A stretch of DNA of 64,000 bases, from positions 29,264,001-29,328,000 of the forward strand of contig OX597821.1 of assembly GCA_951406725.2 (NCBI GenBank), read 5' to 3'. The notes under the pieces are model-generated. The model saw only the letters and a list, made by a program, of their open reading frames with translations, did no database searches and had not been told where the DNA came from. A program made the translations under genes and the position numbers. Source of the DNA: Octopus vulgaris (lineage: Eukaryota). Positions 27,729 through 40,305 of the stretch are shown in pieces. How positions within the stretch are numbered: the stretch's first letter is position 1; each line of letters starts with the position of its first letter.

Positions 27729-29535
27729 CATCATGTACTTTATCACTCTTCCAGTACTTACTGCCACAACTGTTACTCACATTACTCTCTCCTCTGCCAT
27801 TCTCTCACAAACAATAAATTTGATCCTTTCTCTTTCTCAGTACCACCACTGCCCTTTTCTCTAGTCGCCTTCTTAAAATAAAGGATGGTTGGGGTTTATT
27901 CATGTGAATTACCTAATTTCGTTCACGTTGCTGCACTCTGTAAAGTGGTTGGTGTTAAGGAGGGCCTCTAGCCACAGAAGGCTGACAAAACTGAGGTGTC
28001 TAAGTAAGACATGGTCCCTATTTACAAGGGCAGTAACTCTGAATATGGAATAAGAACAGACAAGGGAATAACAAACCAGTCAATGTATGCCAGCATGGAA
28101 AATATACATAAAATGATGATGGTGGTGTCTATTTTACTCTTTATTCTATTTCTCACCTTCTCTCCTTCCCACAATTCACATTCACATATAGCAGACTGAC
28201 ACATACAAGCATTCAAAACTAAAGCTTCAGTGTAGCCACTTTGACTTTCCTTTTCCTTGTATGATATTTGTGCAAGAAAATTGTGATGGGTCAGTAATTC
28301 TTTTAATCCATGCCAACCAGTGAATGATTTAGTGTATCTCCTTAGTGATATGTAGAGTAATTCTTCTAGCAAATGATGGCAGCTAAACCATCAAAAACTT
28401 TTTCCCTTCTTCAAGAAGGCGATGTACATGTGGAGTCTGTCCAATAATTTCCAAAGATAAAAGGAAAAAAAATGTAGACCATACTAATTAGAAACTAAGA
28501 TAAATTTTCTATTAATGCAAATATCATCTATTTAATGTTTAAATCATTTAATATGCTTTCAATCACATTTATCACATGGACAATATCTTAGATAAATTTA
28601 ATCTGAAAATACGAAATAACTTGGCTTATTTTATTAACCTTAGAAAAAGATGAAAGGCTAAGTCAACACAGGTGGGATTAAAACTCACAAGAATCATGGT
28701 GGCGGGGAGGAGTATCTTTGGAAAGCAGTGTTTATGGGAGATATTTTGTAATAGATAAACCAGTTCTAAAGTACAGAATATGTTCAGCTAAGAAGCTGTT
28801 AATAGCATGTTCTGCTTAAATTCTGTAGACCAACTGGTTTATTCAAAGTACTATACTCTAAAAAAAAGATGTATTTCCCTTACTTGCAATACTGAACAAA
28901 CCTGTTTCCATAATCAGCTTTACAGTAAAAGTAGCAAAACAATCATAGTTATTAGTTACCTTAATCCTTGTCACTATCTTTCTATCCCGTGGGATGACCA
29001 TTCAAATTTGATTAACTCGGGATTCAATTCATTAGCCTCATATTTTCACAAATGCAATCGAAATTGCATCTCGGAAAATACAGTGGTCACTTCCACTTAC
29101 AGCTTCATCATGCTCATTATCATCATCAACATCAATGACATTATATAGTAATACACACACACATACATACATACAAATATTGTCAGTTAATCATAAATCC
29201 ACCAAAGAGGCACACTCTAAGTTATAGAGCAGTAGAGTATATAGATAGACACAGCTGGTTTATTGGGGTTACCCAAGGTTTCACATCTATAAAGCACTTA
29301 GCTTCAAGGTGTTTCTTCAGATCTTAAACTCATTGGTCTATAGTTTTACTAGCCAATGGCCATTTGCTAGAGAGGCCATAAGCCAATGGGTTTAGGGTCT
29401 GAAGAAATGCTGCAAAACTAAGCACTTGATTAATGCGTGTGTGTGTGTGTGTGCAACCCCATAAACTGGCAATAAACATAAACTGACAATATCTATCTTC
29501 GTCTATCAATCTATCTATCTATCTATCTATCTATC

Positions 29536-29572
<37 letters not shown>

Positions 29573-29574
29573 GT

Positions 29575-29790
29575 ATCACCATCGTCATCATCATTGTTTA
29601 ATGTCCACTTTCCTAGCTGGCATGGGTTTCACTGAGAACTGGAAAGCCAGGAGGCTGCACTAGGTTCCAATCTGTTCTGGCAAGGTTTCTACAGCTGGAT
29701 GCCCTTCCTAATGCCAACCACTCCAAGAGTGTAGTGGGTCCTTTTTATGCGCCACCAGCATGGGGGCCAATCAGGTGGCACTGGCATTAA
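29575..29790 (-). mobile_element. Family D retro-repeat 3' part ((GAT)n tail)
   Basis: tttctacagctggatgcccttcctaatgccaaccactcc..gtgtagtggg, reverse complement of 59920-60098. Confidence 0.85.
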
Positions 29791-30504
29791 CCACCATTAC
29801 CATCTTCAACATTATTTAATATCCACTTTTCTAGGCTTGCATGGGCCAGACAAGTTTTATTGAGGTACATTTTCTATGGTCAGATGCCCTTCTTGTTATC
29901 ACCCTTATCTGTTCCCAAATAAGGCAATATTTCCTCTCTGGTTAGACATTTTCTGCAGAACATTGGCAATGATAACATTTCTAACAAATACACAATGCAA
30001 AGACAAGGAAACACAAGTAAACACACACTCATTAACCGAAACACACATGATCAAAATGGGTGAAGAGTGAAATGAAATTCCCACAGAAAATAATTTCTCT
30101 TTGATATAAAGAAGTCATTGACAACCTGACTTAATTGCCTTTGTTTCTTAAATGCAAATATATTATGCACAAGCATAGGCACGTGTCTGCTGCTTTCTCC
30201 TCAGGTTCAGAGGTAACTTGCTAGTACATCTTGGTATACACAAATTATGTAGAAGAAAGTGTGTGTAAGGAGAGAGAGAGAGAAAGACCTGGATAGCCAT
30301 AGTCATAAGTACAGGCACAGCTACATGGTTAAGAAGACTGCTTTGCAATTGAATGTTTTCAGGAATGGTGTCACTTGTAAACACATTGGGTAAATACTTT
30401 CTGCTATAGACCTGGGTTGACCAAAGCCTTGTCAGTGGATTTCGAAGCTAAGTAAAGCTAAAATATTTGGCCATTGAGACATACAAGGATTAGGGGCTAC
30501 ACAC

Positions 30505-31045
30505 ACCTTTTATCTTTTACTTGTTTCAGTCACTGAACTGTGACCATGCTGGGGCACCACTGTGAAGGTGTTTTAGTCAAACAAATCAACCCTAGTCCTT
30601 TCTTTTAACCCTTTAGCATATAAATTGGCCATATCCAACACAAATATTGTACCTGTTTTATGTTCAGATGAGACAGACCTGGCCTTGCACATATACCTTA
30701 CAATGCCAATCTAAAAATACACAGTCACATCATCAAAATCTGTAAGCTATGAGATAATCAATGATGAATTTAAAATAAAGTAAATAAATAAGCATTGCAT
30801 TTGACAAAATAGTCTGGATGCTAAAGGGTTAAATCCTGATGCTTATTCTATCGGTCTCTTTTGCCGAACCATGTTATGTAGACATATGCAAGCAAATAAT
30901 GATTGTCAAGTGGTTGTGGGGAACAGACACATCCACAATCACATACACACACACACACACTGTGCTTATTTCAGTTTCTGTCTACTAAATCCATGCACAT
31001 GGCTTTTGTTGGCACAGGCCTATAAGTACAAGACACTTGCCCATA
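30505..31045 (-). mobile_element. Family B SINE split by a piggyBac-type MITE
   Basis: cttttacttgtttcagtca..ccatgctggggcacc before, and cttattctatcggtctcttttgccgaacc after, the MITE. Confidence 0.8.
30609..30828. mobile_element. piggyBac-type MITE (same family as 11809-12028)
   Basis: ttaa-ccctttagcat ... atgctaaaggg-ttaa; internal sequence colinear with 11809-12028. Confidence 0.9.
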
Positions 31046-31049
31046 GCAA

Positions 31050-31510
31050 AGTCATAAACCGTAATCCGTTCCCAGAAAAATATTTTACTTGTGAAATTTA
31101 TAATACTTGTAAAAGAATTGCAATAAAACAACAGTAGAATGTAGAGAATGATTTATGTAAAGTAAAAAGAATGTCAAGATCATTTATATTAAAAAATATT
31201 ATCATAATCATTTTCTGAATCACTTTCACACGCACTAGGCTCAAGCACATCACCAGTTATAGATGTAATTACTGATTCGCAAGCACTTGTAGATGGACTT
31301 GCAGATTTCTTTTTAAAAAACAAGTCTAGAGTTGTTTGCTTACAAGAAGCTTTTTTATGCTCTCTGAAAATTTCTCGTAAACATGATAGTAGAAACTTTT
31401 GAACTTTATTCAAAATTTGGATCTTTTGCTTGAAAAATTTCAGCTTGCCATACAAAAGTGAACTAGAATATAAAACTTGTAAACCTGGGGTCTTGTGAAG
31501 TGAGGTATTA

Positions 31511-31513
<3 letters not shown>
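31050..31513 (-). mobile_element. Tigger/pogo-like DNA transposon deletion derivative
   Basis: Minus-strand peptide SCLREIFREHKKASCKQTTLDLFFKK matches the Tigger transposase C-terminal motif CYrEi..eKK....QttLd.FFkk; terminal gaggtattactg (31502-31513) is the reverse complement of a Tigger-like TIR CAGTAATACCTC. Confidence 0.75.
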
Positions 31514-31547
<34 letters not shown>

Positions 31548-32431
31548 TTTAGGCATACACAATATTAATGCTGTTAAAGAAGATGAATCTAGATATATAA
31601 TTCCATAAAGAATAACCCATGTCTAACTATGTGATATGGCAGTGTTGAATTTACTATCAACTATAAGATATCAATGCGATCAGATATGGATTGATTTGAT
31701 CAAACAGTAGTGTTTATGCTAGAGTAGAATTCTCTGGTATATATGACTAAGCACGCCATGTAATTATCGTATGTATGCACATCTAATATGTATAGTTTGT
31801 ATAAAATTCACAAAAAAATATAATCAAAATATACATACCATAAATAGTAAAGACCTTGCCATGTTATATATCCACTTTAGTTATATGTATATAAATATAC
31901 ATACACACATAAATGTGTGAGTGAATGAGTGTGCATATGTTTAAAACTGTATATACTTTGAGTAAGTAAATATATATCCTCAGAGTTCAGCAAGGATGAT
32001 TCTGTAATTATAAGAAAAAAGGATTATAATTAATAAAAACTCTAAATAAAAATAAGAAAAACAGATTAATTAACATAAGCCAATCATTATGTCAAGCAGT
32101 GAGTTTGCGGAACTGGTTGGGTTTAACTTTATTTTGTTGTTGATTAGTCCAATATCAACCCTGAGAGAGCACACAATGAGGCTTACATTATCTAATATGC
32201 CCTTCCCAATTTTTTTTTTAAGAGACAGGGTATGATTTGAGAAAGATTAGGCTGCTATTTCTGGCAGATCAAGGGTTTACATATAAGCTCATTAATCTAG
32301 TTGTGTTTAGATTACTTTTTTGGCCAAATCCTGACCCAACATATGCGTAATAAAGTTAAGCAATAATTAAAGAAAGAAGCATAACTGTAAGATTTAAGAA
32401 TATATATATATACTCTATTTAAAAGAAAACA

Positions 32432-32859
32432 GGGATCTTTTCGGTTTGAACGGCAGTTTTTTCTAGCGGTGTCATATGAAATTGTCACCCATAATTATGA
32501 CCCTAGTATCGATCTATTGCATTTCAATCTATTTTAGGGTTAGGGTTAGAGTTAGGGTTAGTTAGGGTTAGGGTATCTTTTTTTCTTCACAAATGTAAAT
32601 AAACCCAATCTGTTTCTTAAACGAGGGACATTTTCATATGGCACAGAATGCTTTCACCTCAATATACGGTCATTGATTGGTTGAAATTGCAGAAATTGAA
32701 GAAAAAAAAACAACTAATATCTTACAAACTATAGAATTTTCTCAATAAAGGCAAGAGAAAAAGATGTTTTATAAACACATTCTACCAGTAGACGAAGTTT
32801 AAAATTTTTTAGTTACCTAGAAATTATGTTAAAAACTGCTGTTCAAACTGAAAAAATCC
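32432..32859 (+). mobile_element. MITE family E, complete, ~29-bp TIRs, internal (TTAGGG)-like run
   Basis: ggatcttttcggtttgaacggcagttttt ... aaaaactgctgttcaaactgaaaaaatcc; flanks share aaaacag on both sides (candidate 7-8 bp TSD). Confidence 0.9.
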
Positions 32860-34167
32860 CAAAACAGCATTTTGGTGAGATAAACTCAATGCATTAGAAA
32901 GCAGACTGTTGTTATTTTTCAGTAGCCTCTGTTCAGACCTTCATCAGGAAATCAATTAGCATTTCACACCGTGGCCACTTTTTTTACATGGAGGGTCAAT
33001 TTATGCTGAAATTTTTGATGAAAAAACAAAAAGATATTCTCATTTTGTAAATAAATGGTAAAATGTTTGTTGAGAGAGAGAGAGAGATTTGGTTACTATA
33101 GAGAAACATTGTGTTCTCTCAAAACAACTTTTTAGAACACTAACAAATATAGCAATTCTCTGTAGACTTCCTATATGCTTTAATCCATAGTCAATGCTAT
33201 TGCAGTCATCAGATCCAGCTCCACTGCTAATTTTATCCTCTCAAAAGCTATAAATACAAAGAAAATGGATAGCATAAAGGGATGAAGAAATATCTGACAG
33301 AGAGGGGGGGGACGAGGATGAGGAAAGAGGAGGAAGGAGAAAAGGAAGAAAGATATTGTCAGCTGACAGAACAATGCATGGCTGAAGCTGTATGGTCAGA
33401 GAAAGAACAAACCATTTTCTCCATGCCAGTTCTCCCTATTCTATAAGAACAACAACTCATACATCATACACACACACTCTCTCTCTCTCTCACACACACA
33501 CACACAAATACATACACACACACACACATACATACATACACACACACACATGCATACATACACACACACACATGCATACATACAAGAAAACCGAAACAAA
33601 GAAAATACTGAAAAAATATCACTGTTAATAAATCCATTTAAATATTTCCTCAGGGAATGCCAATATTAAAATTTTCTTTTGGATAATCGTGTGTGTGTGT
33701 GTGTGTGTGTGTGTGAAAAGGAAGATTTTGTTTTGAATTTCCAACTTCTATTAGCACGAACACCACTCACCCCCCATCATTTACTAATTCTACACAATAG
33801 AAACATTATACGTATATGTGTGCATTTGTACATACATATACATGCATCAAAGCATATGTATGCATGTTTGTATGTATGTGAATGAATTTTTTTTCAAATT
33901 AAGCCATTGCATAGTGGATTGAAGTGAATTACTCAAGGGATAGTGTTTCATTAAAATTAAAATGCTCATTAATGAAGGTTTCTGAAATGGAAGTAGTCAT
34001 TTTAAAAATAAACCTGCTTGCCATCATCTCTGTTGCACACCCCTCTCTCTCTCTATCTGCATGTCTGTCATACATATACATACTAAAATACGCACACAAA
34101 CATATACACACACACACATATATGTGCACACAAAAATACAGATATAAGGGGAAAATGCTCAATATAT

Positions 34168-34329
34168 AGGTGCAGGCATAACTGTCTGGTAAGAATATTG
34201 CTTCTCAATCACATGGTTCCGGGTTCAGTCCCACTGTGTGGCACCATGGGCAAGTGTCTTCTACTATAGCCTTGGGCTGGCCAAAAGCTTGTAAGTGGAT
34301 TTAATAGAGGGAAACTGTAATAGACGGAA

Positions 34330-34330
<1 letters not shown>
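34168..34330 (+). mobile_element. Family B/J SINE head; further heads near 30310-30450, 46070-46200(-), 53097-53262, 60160-60305
   Basis: catggttccgggttcagtcccactgtgtggcaccatgggcaagtgtcttctactatagcc. Confidence 0.85.
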
Positions 34331-34363
<33 letters not shown>

Positions 34364-35139
34364 GTATATGTATGTATAATGTATGTGTACATATATATAT
34401 ATATATATGTATATATATGTATATGTATATATATGTATATATATATGTATATATATATATATATGTATATATATATGTATATATATATATATATGATTAT
34501 CTTCATTATGATAGACAATCCCCTAAAACCTTGTAAATGATCTTCTAAGATTTGACCTGTAGTCCGTCAATGTATGAATAATAAAGGCAACTCCTTAAGA
34601 CAATATAATGAATAAATTAAATAAGTAAACTTTAATGACTTTTGGATTAGATTTTCCTAATGTATTTTCTTCTGATTTTAGCATCTGACCCCTAAACCCC
34701 TGACTGTGTTATCTCTTTAGATTCTCTTTAAATTCATAGCTGATTTCAACAGCAATAAATTAGCTGTTTTACTGGTCAAAGAATAATATTCTCCTCTAGT
34801 TCCTAGATGCCTGTAAATTAAAACCAGACTTGCCGTCTGCTAATTCTTCTGTATAACTAGAACCCTCTTTTTTTCTTTTTCTTTTTTTCCCTATTTCTTT
34901 CTCTTTTTTCTTTTTCTTCTTCCTATTCTCTTTTTCCTTTTCTCTTCTCTTTTAGTCCCTCTCCCCCCCTTTTTTGCTCCCTCCTCCTTTATTTTCTCTC
35001 TTTTCTTCTATTCCCTCCCCTTTTCTATTCTTTGCCTCTCTAGAAAGCCCTTCAGCCTTTAAAAGTTAAATAGCTACTGCCTCTTGTAAATAGCAGTAAT
35101 GTGATTAATGTGGCAAATACCTAATCATATAACAATAAT

Positions 35140-35425
35140 TCATACCTACCTCATTGTGTTCAACCATTGATAAATTTATCGCCTGTGAATATGAAATTCC
35201 TCTTCATTTCTCTGGAAATTTACATCTACACCATTGGAAATTGTGCATCTATACAAAGGATTAATTCACCCTCTCTGTAATGCTAATAAGCAGGAATTGA
35301 GACCCACCTCGTTGTGATTAACAATGGATAAATTTGTCGTCTGTGAGTATGTAATCCCTCATCATATCTCTGGAAATTCATATGTGCACTATGGATTAGG
35401 TCACCTTCTCTGTGATGCTGTTAAA
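35140..35425. repeat. Diverged tandem duplication (~160-bp period) upstream of the hammerhead motif
   Basis: acctacctcattgtg..gataaatttatcgcctgtgaatatg..ctctggaaatt..tcaccctctctgtaatgct versus acccacctcgttgtg..gataaatttgtcgtctgtgagtatg..ctctggaaatt..tcaccttctctgtgatgct. Confidence 0.85.
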
Positions 35426-35565
35426 ACTTTTTTAAAATTCTGTGATAAGACTGTACATCATCTTTAAAGAACTTTAATGAACTTTGGAAATCTGTTTATG
35501 TTACTTAATTATCTACTTCATGAGTATAGCCTCAACCAATAGGATGTCTAGAGAACTCACATGTA

Positions 35566-35656
35566 TTTTAGCTGATGAGTACAGGACACGTTTATATGCT
35601 GTAATTTTTGCAACTTTTAATAAAGCCTGTCCTTGTATGAAACGATTGTACTAAAA
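35566..35656 (+). ncRNA. Type I hammerhead ribozyme motif (minimal, Penelope/retrozyme type; two apparent CpG-decay changes)
   Basis: Helix I ttttag(35566-71)/ctaaaa(35651-56); core CTGATGA(35572-78); helix II gtacaggaca/tgtccttgtat; GAAAC(35639-43); gatt loop; GTA cleavage triplet (35648-50). Confidence 0.75.
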
Positions 35657-35908
35657 ACCTATCCATTCTTGTTGCTTCTTTCTCGCTTATAATCACCCCA
35701 CATTATTGTATTGTTAAAACAGTATAGTTTTTTTGGTGCATCTAAGTTAGGTACCATATTCAAGTAAATTCATTTAAATTAACTTGAATCTTTATTGCTT
35801 TATATATATATATATATATATATATGTTTATATATATATATGTTTATATATATATGTGTATATATATGTGTATATATATATGTGTATATATATATATTTA
35901 TATATATA

Positions 35909-35942
<34 letters not shown>

Positions 35943-35963
35943 AGAGAATACATTTTGTAGAAT

Positions 35964-35997
<34 letters not shown>

Positions 35998-36025
35998 TTA
36001 TAATGATAATAAAAATTATAATAAA

Positions 36026-36087
<62 letters not shown>

Positions 36088-36088
<1 letters not shown>

Positions 36089-37170
36089 GGCTTCAAATTT
36101 TGGAACAAGGCCAGCAAATTTAGGGAAGTGGATAAGTTTCAGTATTCATCCCAGTATTGAACTGATACTTATTTTATCGACCCCAAAAAACGAACGGCAA
36201 AGTTGACCTTGTCGGAATTTGAACTCAGAATGTGAAAATGGATGAAATGCTGCCAAGCATTTTGCCCAGCATGTTAATGATTCTGCCAGCACACCACCTT
36301 TTTAGATAATGATAATAATAATTCTTTATAATTTTGGTGCAAGGGGAGCAATTTTCAGGGGTGGAGCAACTCTAGTACTTGACAGGTTCTTATTTTATTG
36401 ACCTCAAAAGGATGAAAGGCACAGTCACCCTCAGTGGAATTTGATCTCAGAATGTAAAGAACTAGGAGAAATGTTGCTAAGCATTTTGTACAACACACCA
36501 ATGACTCTGCCAGCTGCTGGCCTTAATAATGGTTTCAAATCTTGTCACCCAGCCAGAAACTTTAGGGGACATGAATTAGTCAATACAATGAACCCCAGTA
36601 CTCAACTGCTAGTTTATTCTGGAAGAAAGACAAAGCTAACTTGATTAGGATATGGATTTAGAATATAAGGATTTAGAAGAAATACTGAAAGGCATATTAT
36701 ATTGTCTGATGCTTAATCAATTCTAATAACACAATTTCATTTTCTTGCAGAATGATGACAGAGTTAATAATAATTGCATCTAATTTAAGAACAAGGCCAG
36801 AAATTTTGAGGGGATGGGCAATAGTCGACACCATCAACACCAGTTTTCGACTGGTTCCTTATTTTATTAACTTTGAAAGAATGAAAGTCAAACTTGACCT
36901 CAGCAAGATTTGAACCAAAAATATAAGGAGCTGAAAGAAATAATATAAGGCATTTTCTCCAACACACTAATTCTTCTACCAATCCATCATCTTAAAGTTT
37001 ACAATAATCCTTTCTACTATAGGCATAAGGCATGAAATTTTGGGGGAGGTGGTGGATGGTCGATTACATCAATCCTAGGGATCAACTGGTACATATTTCA
37101 TCAACCCTGAAAGAATTAAAGCAAAGATGACTTCAGCAGAATTTGAGCTCAGAACAGACAAAATGCTGCA
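36088..37170 (-). mobile_element. Stack of about 5 family A SINEs, same orientation, following a long (AAT)n tract
   Basis: Units start near 36088, 36330, 36530, 36780, 37005, each with ..aaggccagNaaNtt..gatgaaaggcaaagt..gaatttgaactcagaa variants. Confidence 0.82.
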
Positions 37171-37212
37171 CAGTTTTAATTGCACTTATATAGATAGTTG
37201 ACAGGTAAAACT

Positions 37213-37626
37213 GGATGTTTTTGGTTTGAACGGCAGTTTTTAACATAATTTCTAGGTAACTAAAAAATTTTAAGCTTCGTATACTGGTAGAATGAGTTTA
37301 TAAAACATCTTTTTCTCTTGGCTTCATTGAGAAAATTCTATGGTTTGTAAGATATTTGTTGTATTTTTTCTTCAATTTCTTCAATTTTAACCAATCACTG
37401 ACATCTATTGAGATAAAAAACATTCTGTGCCATATGAATATGTCCCTTATTTAAGAAACAGATTGGGTTTATTTACATTTGTGAAGAAAAAAAGATACCC
37501 TTCCCCCACCCTAACTAACTCTAACAAAAGATTGAAATGCAATAGATTGATTCTGGGGTCATAATTATGGGTGACAATTTCATATGACACTGCTAGAAAA
37601 AACTGCTGTTCAAACCGAAAAGATCC
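37213..37626 (-). mobile_element. MITE family E, complete, inverted relative to 32432
   Basis: ggatgtttttggtttgaacggcagttttt ... aaaaactgctgttcaaaccgaaaagatcc; interior is the reverse complement of 32432-32859. Confidence 0.9.
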
Positions 37627-38317
37627 AAGAATGGGAAAAAATGTTTAACAGTAATTGTTCCAGCTCTTTATGTACCAAGTTCAAATATGCTAAGGTCAAC
37701 TTTGTTTTCTATCCTTCTGGAGTTGATAAAATTAAGTACCAGTTAAGTACTACACTCAAAGCACCATCCCTTTAAAATTGCTGTCCTTGTAAGAAAATTT
37801 GAAACCATTATTTTTGTAATTCTTCTTTTTATTATTATGGCAAAACCCTTAGTGTTGGTCAAATGACCTTGCAATAAGTCTCCCAGCACTTTGTACTATG
37901 AGCTTAAATCCTACAAATGAGGTATTTCTTCTGCAGTCAATAGAACCAACAAGTTGTAGGACTGATATAATCAACTGTACCCCAGGCCCACCAAGTTTCT
38001 CACCATGTCCCTAAAGTCAAACCAATTATTACTATTATTACTGATTTGACTGAGGTATCCACAAGCTTTCAATAGTTTTTCAAGTGCTGAAGACATTCCT
38101 GGTAATCTTTCCTGTCCCTAAGAGGCAAGCTTTCTGTAGAAGCTTTACAGGACATTCTATTCCAATCTCCTTCAACCATTTATCTATATCCTTACTTACA
38201 GTTCGGAGTGGTGAACCAATTATTTACAGGCACAACCTTTAGTTATCATACTTCAAATTCCTGCAATTTCAAGTTTTACAGGATAATATTTTTTTCTTGT
38301 TTTTCATCCTTTTTCTT

Positions 38318-38425
38318 TATTATTATTATTATTATTATTATTACTGTTGTTGTTGTTATTATTATTATTATTATTATTATTGTTGTTGTTGTTGTTATTA
38401 TTATTATCATTATTATTACTGTTGT

Positions 38426-38456
<31 letters not shown>

Positions 38457-38461
38457 GTTGT

Positions 38462-38492
<31 letters not shown>

Positions 38493-38598
38493 GTTGTTAT
38501 TGTTATTATTATTATTATTATTACTGTTGTTGTTATTGTTGTTATTATTGCTATCATTACTGTTGTTGTTGTTATTATTATTATTATCATTACTGTTG

Positions 38599-38632
<34 letters not shown>

Positions 38633-38670
38633 TGTTGTTGTTGTTATTATTATTATTATTATTATTATTA
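38318..38670. repeat. Compound (TTA)n/(TTG)n microsatellite with a higher-order ~30-40 bp unit
   Basis: Unit ttactgttgtt(gtt)n(att)n repeated about 9-10 times. Confidence 0.95.
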
Positions 38671-39458
38671 GGCTGGCGAATCTGACAGAATCATTGCGGC
38701 ATCAGACAAAAAGCTTTACAGTATTTAGTAACATCCCTTTAGATTCTCAGTTCAAACCCTGCTCATTGATAGTTTTAATGATGATGGTTGTGAAAAATTT
38801 GATACTGTTCTAAAGTAATTACAAATAATAAATTAAAATAAATATGATCTGAACAATTATTTCCAATAAAAGTGAAAGGAGGAAAAAATTTGGAGAGGGG
38901 AAGAGTAAAGTCAGTTGAATCATCCTCACTGAGTGATACTTTATCAACCCAGAAGTATGAAAGGCAAAGTTAGCTCCAGAGGGATTTGAACTTAAAACAT
39001 AAAGAAATTTTACTAAATATCACAAAGCATTTTGTCTGGCGCTCTACCAGGATTGCTTTACAGTGTTCTAAACAAAAAGGAAGAAACAACAAAAGAGAAT
39101 AAGTGTAATAACACCAATAATTCTTTTATTATTTATTTGTATAAATACCAATAATTGTTTACCATAGAGTTATATTGATAAAAATTTAAAGAGAGGAGAT
39201 ATAGTTGATTGAAACAAGCCTATTTTATGCCCACAGTTTATTATATTGACAGTGAAAGATGAAAGGAAAAAAAAAAAAGAAAAAAGAAAAACAAGGCTAC
39301 AAAGGATTCAGCAAAAAAGTTACGGCAATAACATATTTTTAATTGCTTGTGATCTATGTCTGCATTACCAGTGTACTTGTCATAACCAATAATAATAATA
39401 ATAATAATAATATTAATAATAATAATAATATTAATAATAATAATAGTAATAATAATAA

Positions 39459-39676
39459 TGGTTACAAATTTGGCGCAAGGCCAGTAATTTTGAGAGAGGA
39501 GAAAAGTTGATTTCATCAACCCCAGTGCTCAACTGGTACTTATTTTATTGACCCTGAAAGGATGAAATGCAAAGTTCATCTTGGGTGGAATTTCAACTCA
39601 GAACATGAATACAGGATGGAATGTTGCTAAGCGTTTTTGCCAGGTGTGCTAATGATTCTGCCAGCTCGCCACCTTA
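39459..39676 (-). mobile_element. SINE family A, near-full-length, embedded in (AAT)n
   Basis: Ends gattctgccagctcgccacctt, the reverse complement of the family A head; (AAT)n on both sides. Confidence 0.85.
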
Positions 39677-39729
39677 ATAATATTAATAATAATAATAATA
39701 ATAATGATAATAATCATTTTGTAATAATT

Positions 39730-40305
39730 GTTTTGTCTTGGTAATAAAAGCTGGGCTACAGCAAATATTCTGTATGCCCTGATGCAGTACCAGACAGTGG
39801 CTCTCATGGCTTCTGATCTTAACTGATTGGAAATGTTATCATGTACATTGTTTCATTTTAGTATAAAAGATGGGCTACAGCAAATATTTTGTTCAATACC
39901 ACAGATTTGCTTGTCAGTTGTTTGACCATAACCAGTTGAGCATGTTCCTTAGTGGTTGACGATATATTCTTGAGCAGAAGTAGTGTTGAAAGGAATTCTT
40001 TGAGGTTTGGATAATTCACCTCAGGAAACGTGGGTGTTTCATTAAAACATCCTTAAACAACCCTTTTTCGGGGACTTTTTGAGTGGGATGGGCTACTCGA
40101 CCTGAAGAAAATTCTAATTGAGCCCCACCTTGAAGGTCATGCGCTGTTTATCTTAACATGAGATCACCGTGTTGTGCACATATGCTTGTGATGCATGTCC
40201 CTGACGTACTCTATTCAGGTGGGTGGTCATGATATGTATACTGGCCTTCGTGTATTTTATCTCAGTGTCACTTTGATGGCATGCACTGCACTCTCACCCA
40301 GTAGT
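39730..40305 (+). mobile_element. Family G retro-repeat (5' ~45 bp duplicates an internal segment)
   Basis: Colinear with 55995-56551; ttgttt..t.gt.ataaaag.tgggctacagcaaatatt occurs near both 39728 and 39848. Confidence 0.88.

Noticed and set aside
28230-28445. Possible additional RT remnant (LHMYIAF...) on the minus strand
   Set aside because: Only a vague partial motif; not enough to support a call.
32534-32575. Telomere or interstitial telomeric fusion site
   Set aside because: The TTAGGG run is internal to MITE family E and recurs in its other copies.
32905-32950. Minus-strand CTGATGA...GAAA hammerhead-like string
   Set aside because: Weak helix II and no helix III or helix I pairing.
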